Assembly: GCA_951812955.1 (NCBI GenBank) | Contig: OX638340.1 | Location: 1,216,001-1,280,000 of the forward strand | DNA from: an uncultured Gemmatimonadota bacterium | Lineage (GTDB): Bacteria; JAAXHH01 | DNA: 64,000 nucleotides | Reading direction: 5' to 3' | Shown: positions 57,490 through 64,000 of the stretch, in pieces | Layout: each line of letters opens with the position of its first letter | How positions within the stretch are numbered: the stretch's first letter is position 1 | Position numbers and translations under genes: made by a program | The notes under the pieces: generated by a model | Told to the model about the DNA's origin: nothing | Seen by the model: only the letters and a program-made list of their open reading frames with translations | The model's database searches: none

Positions 57490-58254
57490 ATGTCACGAAG
57501 GCGCGTATTCATTGGAGACCTGACACGTAAGGAGTTCCGCGAAGGGATCGAGGACGGTACAATCAAGGCCGCCATCGTGCCCACGGCGGCTACGGAACAG
57601 CACCTCGAACACCTTGAAATGATCCACGACACGGCCAGTGTCGCTTACATGGCTGAACACGCGGCCCTTGAGTTGTATCCCCAGGTCGTCGTCGCTTCTC
57701 CCATCGCCATTGGCGTATCGGAACACTGGATGGAACACAGAGGAACGCTGACGGTCCGTCCCGAGATCTTCACCGAATACGTCTACGATGTGTGCGATGC
57801 CCTGAAGCGGGGCGGGATAACCAACATCCTTATTCTGAATGGACACGGCGGCAACGTAGTCCCGATGATGAACCGGATAGAGGACTTTCGGCGACGACTC
57901 GGCGTCAACGTGCGCTTCAATTCCTACTGGGACACCTACCCCACGGATTTCGTGTATCGGTACATGGAACGCGAAGCACTCCCCGGACACGCCGACGAAT
58001 ACGAGACCTCCATGGCCATGGCCCTCTTCCCGCACCGGGTCCACCCGGACGACATGGAAATGGAAAGCACCGCCCGTTTTGGAACGAAGGAGAAGGGCGA
58101 AGCTCTCGCGCCCGTGGCGGTGAACGGCGTGGCGGACTTGCTGATCCGAATGATCGCCGGGGAGGAGATCGACCTGGAACCCCGCACGTTCCGTGCAGCC
58201 GGCGCCCAGTCGATGATCCGGGATCGGCTCATCGAGGCGAGATCTGAGCAATGA
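57490..58254 (+). CDS. Creatininase family protein (second paralog)
   Basis: VPTAATEQHLEHLEMIHD and LILNGHGGN match the family. Confidence 0.7.
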   Translation: MSRRRVFIGDLTRKEFREGIEDGTIKAAIVPTAATEQHLEHLEMIHDTASVAYMAEHAALELYPQVVVASPIAIGVSEHWMEHRGTLTVRPEIFTEYVYDVCDALKRGGITNILILNGHGGNVVPMMNRIEDFRRRLGVNVRFNSYWDTYPTDFVYRYMEREALPGHADEYETSMAMALFPHRVHPDDMEMESTARFGTKEKGEALAPVAVNGVADLLIRMIAGEEIDLEPRTFRAAGAQSMIRDRLIEARSEQ

Positions 58255-58300
58255 CGGTTGATAGGAGAGGGCCGCGACAACGGCGTCTCTGCTTGCGAAA

Positions 58301-58390
58301 AGCGCATCAAGGTGTGCAACGTATGAGAAGCGCATCAAGGTGTGCAACGTATGAGAAGCGCATCAAGGTGTGCAGCTTATGAGAAGCGTG
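58301..58390. repeat. 3 x 28-bp tandem repeat (AGCGCATCAAGGTGTGCAACGTATGAGA)
   Basis: Units lie at 58301-58328, 58329-58356 and 58357-58384 (2 substitutions), with a partial fourth. It is intergenic, upstream of the lipoprotein pair. Confidence 0.85.
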
Positions 58391-58424
58391 TACCAGTAGG
58401 TGTTACAAGAACTGGAGGTAGGGA

Positions 58425-59105
58425 TTGACAGACCGCAATGCCCATCCGTACTATACGAATCCGCGCCGGGGAGGTTCCTTTCCGGTACCTGTTTCAGCAG
58501 TGTTTGTCGTTCTGGTTGTGTTCTTCGTCGGGATTTCGGTCGCGTTACTCGCGTGTTCGGAATCGTCGCCAACGGAACCGGAAATGGGAGAGCACGGAAC
58601 GAACGGCGGGGAATCAGGTGAGGGCGGTGAAGGAGGTTCAGGTGAACATGGTGAAGGTGGCGAGGGTGGCGAGGGTTCTGGTGGCGAGGGTGGCGAAGAA
58701 TCCGGCAACGCGCTGACAAAGGATCAGACCTTTGATTCGGTGCGGAAGGGTGCTCGCCTCGTCCTGCGTTACGATTCCACCGCCGACGCCTTCGTCGGGA
58801 CTGTGTCGAATACCACCGATTCCACCCTGGTCCAGGTCCGTGTCGAAGTGCACCTGTCCAACGGCACGGAACTGGGCCCCACTACGCCGGTCGACCTCGC
58901 CCCGGGTGGGTCGGTGCCCGTCACACTGTCCGCCATGGGAGAATCGTTCGACGGCTGGACCCCTCACGCCGAAGTGGGTCCCTCCAGCGGAAGCGGCGGC
59001 GAGCATGGAAGTGGCGGAGAGTCAGGTGAGGGCGCCAGCGAGTCAGGTGAAGGCAGCGGGGGCGAACATGGTGGAAGTGGTGAAGGCGGAGGTGATGGGG
59101 GTTGA
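58425..59105 (+). CDS. Hypothetical lipoprotein with Gly/Glu/His-rich (GEGGEHG) repeat tails flanking a conserved ~90-aa core
   Basis: A TTG start is preceded by GGAGGT. The signal peptide has an LLAC|S lipobox. Acidic repeats EHGTNGGESGEGGEGGSGEHGEGGEGG occur at both ends. The core is RKGARLVLRYD...FVGTVSNTT...VRVEVHLSNGTELGPTTPVDL...GWTPHAEV. Confidence 0.5.
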   Translation: MTDRNAHPYYTNPRRGGSFPVPVSAVFVVLVVFFVGISVALLACSESSPTEPEMGEHGTNGGESGEGGEGGSGEHGEGGEGGEGSGGEGGEESGNALTKDQTFDSVRKGARLVLRYDSTADAFVGTVSNTTDSTLVQVRVEVHLSNGTELGPTTPVDLAPGGSVPVTLSAMGESFDGWTPHAEVGPSSGSGGEHGSGGESGEGASESGEGSGGEHGGSGEGGGDGG

Positions 59106-59209
59106 ATGTACAGCGCCATACCCAGCATCACCGCGACATTGATGCGGCATTGGACGAGGGAACAGTAAAGGAGGACGAATTGTCAACATCCAATATACGT
59201 TCAAACGGT

Positions 59210-59983
59210 ATGAATCCCCAGCCGGCGAATCACGCCCCGGAATCGGCTTTAACCGCGTTTGCTTTTTTGAGTGTACTCTTCGCCCTGGTTTCGGTCACGG
59301 CCTTGGCGTGTTCAAATGACGCGGGTGAAAACCAGTCCACGTCCGATACGGCACGGATGGTAGCTGTCGATGCGCAGCAGAACGGCGAAGCATCGGAGTC
59401 GCGTGGCGGAGAAAGGGCTTCCAGCGGGGAATCAGGTGAGCACGGCGGGGATGGCGAAGCGATGGAATCCGGCGGGGAATCAGGTGAGTACGGTGGGGAT
59501 GGCGGAGAAAACGAAGGCGAGGGGGGCGGTAGTGACGAAGGCGAAGAATCCGGCGCGTTGCTGGCCCTGGATGAGACCTATGATACGGTACGCAGAGGCG
59601 CCCGGCTTATCCTGAACTACGACGCCGGTACCAATTCCTTCGTCGGAACGGTGTCGAACACCACCGGTGAAACCCTTCGCCGCGTCCGGGTCGAAGTGCA
59701 CCTGTCCAACGGCACGGAACTGGGCCCCACGACTCCTGTCGATCTCACTTCGGGTGAGATGACCGAAGTTACCCTTTCTGCAACGGCAGAACCTTTTACC
59801 GGCTGGACGCCCCATGCCGAGGTAGACACGGGGGACGGTAGCGGAGGCGAGCATGGTGAAGGCGGTGAAGGCGGTGAAGGCGGTGAAGGCGGCGGTGAGC
59901 ATGGTGGACGCGGTGAAAGCAGCGAAGGTGGTGGAGAGGACGGCGAGCACGGTGAAGGTGGCGAGGGTGACGGGAGCGCGTAA
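59210..59983 (+). CDS. Hypothetical lipoprotein paralog with Gly/Glu/His-rich repeat tails
   Basis: Starts at ATG 59210, or at TTG 59180 preceded by AAGGAGG. It has an LAC|S lipobox and the same conserved core (RRGARLILNYD...FVGTVSNTT...VRVEVHLSNGTELGPTTPVDL...GWTPHAEV). The C-terminus is made of GEHGEGGEGGEGG repeats. Confidence 0.5.
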   Translation: MNPQPANHAPESALTAFAFLSVLFALVSVTALACSNDAGENQSTSDTARMVAVDAQQNGEASESRGGERASSGESGEHGGDGEAMESGGESGEYGGDGGENEGEGGGSDEGEESGALLALDETYDTVRRGARLILNYDAGTNSFVGTVSNTTGETLRRVRVEVHLSNGTELGPTTPVDLTSGEMTEVTLSATAEPFTGWTPHAEVDTGDGSGGEHGEGGEGGEGGEGGGEHGGRGESSEGGGEDGEHGEGGEGDGSA

Positions 59984-60191
59984 GGCGGTGAAAGAGGCGA
60001 AGGCGGCGGGGGGCGACGAACACGGAACAGGCGGTGAAGACCGCGGCGAACATGACGGAGGCTGAGACTGGTTCGTATGCCATGTACCAGAATCCGTGAA
60101 AAACACCGCTTGATCGTACTCCTCAATGGACCTATTGTAACAACCAGCACATCAACATTACCGCCTGATAAAGAGTGATCGGAAAAGCAAA

Positions 60192-61292
60192 GTGCAACCA
60201 ACGCCAGCCAACCCAAGCCTGAAACAAATCCCGCTCCTGACCGCGAGCCAGATCGCCCGGTTCAAGCGCGACGGCTTCCTCGTTCTTCCCGCCGCGCTAG
60301 ACCCCGAACTCTGCCGCCAGGCCAGGGACGCGATGTGGGCCGCGGTGGCAACGCACCATCCCGTCATGAAGCGCGACGATCCCTCCACCTGGGCGCCGTT
60401 CAACGATGAAGTAAGCGGCCAACTTAAAGCGAAGCAGCCCGAGATCGGCGGGGACCCCTATTTCTTCACCGAAGGCCACCGCTTCTATGTCCGAAATGGC
60501 ACCGAGCCACTCATGCTCGATCTGGCCCCCAGACCCTTGTGGCAGGTCGCCGAGCAATTACTTGGTCAGGGCACGGTGGTATGGCCCGCCGGAGCGGATG
60601 CGTCCGGCATGACGACGGGACCGTGCTTCATGTCCGACGAAGCGGTGAGCGGTCTGGCCAGCCATGGAGTCAAAGAGACCGGGCAATGGCCTGAGAAGGG
60701 ATCCTTCACCACGGAAGAAGCGCTGCGCCTGCCCAGGACCGGTCCGGTGTGGTCGACCGGACAAGGGACACGCGGTTTGTACTGCACCCTGCCCAACAGC
60801 CCGTCTCCCGGTCCGGATTACCGCCGCGCCCATTCGGACGGGGTCTGCTACGGACGCGTCCGGTTTCAGGTAACCGCTTATGTCGACGACCTGCCGGCCA
60901 ATTCCGGTGGCTTCACGGTGTGGCCAGGCAGCCACAGACGAATCTGGCGCGAGCAGTGGCAGACCTTTCTCGAAGGTGAAAAGTACACGGACGACAACCT
61001 GGCGGAACGCAAGGCCGACGGTTATAACGATCCCGTCATCCAGCGCATCAAGGCCGACACCCGACCCGTTGATTGCCACGGTCCCGCCGGCACGGTGGTC
61101 TTGTGGCACACCAAGATCCTGCATATTGCCGGACAGAATACCTCCTCAGATATCATTCGCCAGGCAACTATCTACGGTTTCATGAAAACGCCGGAATCCC
61201 TTCCCGATCCGCTTGTAACGGACCACACCAACATGGATATCTGGCGTGACTGGTCCGATGAAGTGCGGGCTGTTGATGAGCGCCAGGAATAG
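60192..61292 (+). CDS. PhyH family Fe(II)/2OG oxygenase
   Basis: 366 aa. N-terminal LTASQIARFKRDGFLVLPAAL with PhyH-like architecture. GTG start. Confidence 0.55.
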   Translation: MQPTPANPSLKQIPLLTASQIARFKRDGFLVLPAALDPELCRQARDAMWAAVATHHPVMKRDDPSTWAPFNDEVSGQLKAKQPEIGGDPYFFTEGHRFYVRNGTEPLMLDLAPRPLWQVAEQLLGQGTVVWPAGADASGMTTGPCFMSDEAVSGLASHGVKETGQWPEKGSFTTEEALRLPRTGPVWSTGQGTRGLYCTLPNSPSPGPDYRRAHSDGVCYGRVRFQVTAYVDDLPANSGGFTVWPGSHRRIWREQWQTFLEGEKYTDDNLAERKADGYNDPVIQRIKADTRPVDCHGPAGTVVLWHTKILHIAGQNTSSDIIRQATIYGFMKTPESLPDPLVTDHTNMDIWRDWSDEVRAVDERQE

Positions 61293-61398
61293 CGCCTTGC
61301 TCCCGACCCTTGCCGGTGGAATCTACTTTTTCTGTCTCGCCCGTCAATACTCCAAAAACCCACATTTGCCAGGCATTTTCCTTGCGCTCCGATTCGAT

Positions 61399-61418
61399 GT
61401 TATTACAATAGTAGTAAC
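61399..61418 (+). promoter_or_regulatory. Imperfect inverted repeat (GTTATTAC-N5-TAGTAAC) upstream of the antitoxin gene; candidate autoregulatory operator
   Basis: The 8-bp arms carry one mismatch. It sits about 15 bp upstream of the antitoxin ATG in an AT-richer promoter-like stretch. Confidence 0.3.
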
Positions 61419-61433
61419 GACAGGGGGTATTTC

Positions 61434-61661
61434 ATGGTCGAACTCAAAGTCCGAAAATTCGGCAACTCGCTCGGCGTCGTCCTGCCCAAGGAAGTCGTCA
61501 ATCGGCTGCGCACGAAGGATGGGGAGCCACTGTTCCTCACCGAAGGACCGGACGGCAGCTACAAGTTGACGCCCTACGATCCCAACTTTGCAGAAAAGAT
61601 GGAGATGGCAGAAAAGATCATCGACCGCTATCGCAACACACTCCATGTCCTGGCCAAGTGA
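61434..61661 (+). CDS. AbrB/MazE/SpoVT-family antitoxin (type II TA)
   Basis: 75 aa. VKVRKFGNSLGVVLPKEV is the swapped-hairpin AbrB-type DNA-binding motif. Its stop overlaps the toxin's GTG (GTGA). Confidence 0.7.
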   Translation: MVELKVRKFGNSLGVVLPKEVVNRLRTKDGEPLFLTEGPDGSYKLTPYDPNFAEKMEMAEKIIDRYRNTLHVLAK

Positions 61662-62053
61662 CGGAGCCGGTCTGGATAGAAACACGCGATGCACTGATGT
61701 TGCACGAGCGCCTTATTGTGCTACACGGTGGTGCGGCGGGGGTGCGCGACAAAGGCTTGCTGCAATCAGCTCTGGCCCGAGCGCGTCAAATCTACGCGTA
61801 TTCGGATACGCCAGATCTCATCGAAATGGCGACGGCCTATACAGTGAGCATCGTGCGCAACCATCCATTTGTAGATGGCAACAAGCGTACCGGCTTTGTA
61901 GTCGGAATCCTGTTTCTTGAGCTGAACGGATTTCACTTCACCGCCACTCAAGCGTGCGCGGCTCAGTCCGTTATAGAACTAGCAGGCGGGTCACTTGATG
62001 AAGCGGGCTACACGGCGTTCCTGCGCGCGAATGTCGAAACGCTGAAAGGATGA
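61658..62053 (+). CDS. Doc/Fic-family toxin (death-on-curing type)
   Basis: 131 aa. HPFVDGNKRTG is the Fic/Doc active-site motif HxFx(D/E)GNKR. Confidence 0.8.
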   Translation: MTEPVWIETRDALMLHERLIVLHGGAAGVRDKGLLQSALARARQIYAYSDTPDLIEMATAYTVSIVRNHPFVDGNKRTGFVVGILFLELNGFHFTATQACAAQSVIELAGGSLDEAGYTAFLRANVETLKG

Positions 62054-62138
62054 ACGGAACGCGGAGCGATGAAACGAAAGTGGAGCGATGAAACGAACAT
62101 AGAGCGGTGAGCGGTGAACGGAACACGGAGCGATGACA
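62050..62138. repeat. Imperfect short direct repeats (GAACGGAAC / GGAGCGATGAAACGAA family) downstream of the toxin gene
   Basis: GGAGCGATGAAACGAA occurs at 62063-62078 and 62082-62097, with a related copy at 62127-62138. GAACGGAAC occurs at 62052 and 62118. Confidence 0.4.
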
Positions 62139-62212
62139 TCACATCTGCAACGCCCAACCGCCGCCACAACAAGCCTTAAGTCAGACCCTAAATCTGGAGG
62201 AATGGAGGGAAC

Positions 62213-63145
62213 ATGTCGACCATTACCAAACCGGGCAACGAAACCGGTGCCGATTCAGCTGTCGAGCCCGCCGCCGCATTTGACGCCGACTCCACATCTG
62301 CCGCCGCCCCCGTTCCCATGACCGAGGAGCAGAAGTTCTTCTTCGACCTGAAGGGCTGGATCCTCGTGCCCTCCGTATTGTCGGAGACCGAGATCGAGGA
62401 AATGAAGGCCGAAGCGTACGCTGCGGTAAAACCGGACTATCAGGGTAAAAACAGCGACCTGCAACAGGGCTATCAGGGCATGCTGGCCAACCTGCTCGAT
62501 CATCCGGCCGTGGTGGGCATTCTGAACGAGATCCTCACCGAGCCGCCCTTTGTGGGGGACGACCATTACGGATTCCGCTGCGAGAACTCCTTCCTCATGG
62601 TGCGGGAACCCGGCTGGGAGTCGACTGTTAAGGGCACCGGGCTGCCCCATGTCGTGCGCCCTCCCCAGCAGGCCAACGCCATGCGCTACCAGGTGCAGGG
62701 CGGCAAGATCTTCGCGGGACTGACGCGCGTCGTATGGGAGTTGGAGGAAGTCCGGGCGGGGTACGGCGGCACCTCCTTTCTGAGCGGTTCGCACAAGGCT
62801 CATTTCAATTACGGCGGACCGGACCGGTACCGGCCCAACATCAGCGAATCGCCCTGGGAGGAAAGTCTATACGCCGCCATGGAGGATTACAGTTGTCCGC
62901 CGGGGTCGATGCTGGTCTTCACCGAAAGCCTCATCCACGCTGCGAACGATTGGACCAATCCGGACAACCGTCGATGCGCTGTATTCAACTGCTACAACTC
63001 GATCTGGGCGCAGTGGCACCGGCTCAATCTCGACCACGAGGTTATCGATAAGATGCCACCCAAGCGGCAGTCCCTCTTCCGCGGTGCGTGGCAACTGGGC
63101 GGCGACGGGAATCGTACGTACTCGGCGGACAATCGGTCGGTGTGA
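62213..63145 (+). CDS. PhyH-like Fe(II)/2OG oxygenase (related to the 16948/17775 pair)
   Basis: 310 aa. FFFDLKGWILVP resembles FEFDLNGYI, and GSHKAH is present. Confidence 0.55.
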   Translation: MSTITKPGNETGADSAVEPAAAFDADSTSAAAPVPMTEEQKFFFDLKGWILVPSVLSETEIEEMKAEAYAAVKPDYQGKNSDLQQGYQGMLANLLDHPAVVGILNEILTEPPFVGDDHYGFRCENSFLMVREPGWESTVKGTGLPHVVRPPQQANAMRYQVQGGKIFAGLTRVVWELEEVRAGYGGTSFLSGSHKAHFNYGGPDRYRPNISESPWEESLYAAMEDYSCPPGSMLVFTESLIHAANDWTNPDNRRCAVFNCYNSIWAQWHRLNLDHEVIDKMPPKRQSLFRGAWQLGGDGNRTYSADNRSV

Positions 63146-63284
63146 ACCGGCTCGTCTACTCGAGTCGACCAGTGGCGCGCCTCGCCGCATTACCGGTCGG
63201 TGTCGGTTCGCACCGGCGAATACGTTCACGCGCCGACCGAAAAACGCACTCGAGCGTATACCATCCACGACGAAAGATATGAGA

Positions 63285-63961
63285 TGACCGAAATACCCGG
63301 TGGCCTGGATGCCGTCCCGCCGCACCCCCCTTCCGTCCCGCGAAGTTCCGACCTGAAGATCACCGCCGTGGAGACCCTCATCCCCGATGATATCATGCCG
63401 GGGTTGGTCCTGCTTCGGATCCACACCGACACGGGCGCCGTCGGCCACGGGGAGACCTACTACGTCCCCCACGCGGTGGCCGCCGTGATCCATGACTGGA
63501 TGGCCCGCCGTCTGCTGGGCAGCGATCCATGTTCTATCGAGCACCACTGGCGGTTTTTCTATGAACGCATGAGTGCTTTCGGATCCCGCGGAGCGGAGAT
63601 GCGTGCCTTGAGCGCCGTAGACCTGGCCCTCTGGGATATCCTCGGCCAGGTGTGCGGACTACCTGTCTGGCAACTACTGGGCGGAAAGGCGCGGGAAGCC
63701 GTACGAGTCTACAACAGTTGCGGCGGTCCCACCTATGGACGACGTCCACCCGGGGCGCCTTCGGAGCAGGGCTGGCCCGGCCACGGTGACATCGGCAAAC
63801 CAGGGCCTTTGGAAGACAACTGGGCAGCACACAACGCCGCGGGCGACCTGGCCGAGGAACTTGTGGCGGAAGGCTACACGGGCATGAAGTTCTGGACCTT
63901 CGACCGGGCGTACCGGGCCCACGGAGCGAGTTACCTTCCCATGTCTACGGTCCGGGCATGA
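63285..63961 (+). CDS. Enolase-superfamily (MR/MLE) protein, N-terminal part; interrupted by an in-frame TGA at 63959-63961 with the frame continuing to the window end
   Basis: Capping-domain motifs are present (ITAVETLIP..., ALSAVDLALWDILGQ, VPVWQLLGG, GYTGMKFW). After the TGA the same frame reads VKPLEEVRKRVGD, matching the conserved ...REAVGD... barrel motif of this family. Confidence 0.55.
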
Positions 63962-64000
63962 GTCAAGCCTCTGGAGGAGGTGCGCAAACGGGTGGGCGAC

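Noticed and set aside
59617-60216. 199-aa Pro/Ser-rich minus-strand ORF (PPPSPLSPP...)
   Set aside because: It is the reverse-complement reading of the GEGGEHG repeat-coding tail of the lipoprotein gene, a low-complexity artefact.

Overview
This is a high-GC (roughly 60-65%) bacterial chromosomal segment, densely coding on both strands, with the gene content of a metabolically versatile aquatic or marine heterotroph; taxon unknown. It carries eight phytanoyl-CoA-dioxygenase (PhyH) family paralogs, two arylsulfatases, two creatininase-family genes, two enolase-superfamily genes, many PLP enzymes, Gfo/Idh/MocA and SDR oxidoreductases, and an amino-acid permease. It also carries the selenocysteine machinery: selB followed directly by tRNA-Sec (selC), with selA about 18 kb downstream. 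Housekeeping genes are accA, leuS, an HU-family gene, sppA, a MltD-like lytic transglycosylase, tRNA-Ala(GGC) and a fused indolepyruvate:ferredoxin oxidoreductase.

The most unusual region lies just downstream of tRNA-Sec. A 23-bp direct repeat of the tRNA 3' end delimits an ~840-bp AT-rich islet, a probable remnant integration site. A second, ~2.4-kb AT-rich island carries a two-gene module: an OLD/AAA_21-like ABC ATPase, translationally coupled through a GTGA overlap to a small acidic-motif partner protein. I interpret this as a candidate horizontally acquired anti-phage or abortive-infection system. Its ATPase gene appears frameshifted at the 3' end.

Other notable features:
- Unusual fusions: DUF1537 sugar-acid kinase fused to PdxA2; protein-tyrosine phosphatase fused to ADP-ribosylglycohydrolase; PhyH fused to HEAT repeats.
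- A tandem pair of Tat-signal HisC-like aminotransferases.
- A tandem pair of lipoproteins with Gly/Glu/His-rich (EHG) repeat tails.
- An AbrB/Doc toxin-antitoxin pair.
- An in-frame TGA that interrupts an enolase-superfamily gene at the window edge.
- Five to six unrelated intergenic tandem-repeat arrays (units of 23, 28, 34 and 46 bp, plus imperfect families).

I recognised no CRISPR array, rRNA, integrase or transposase.
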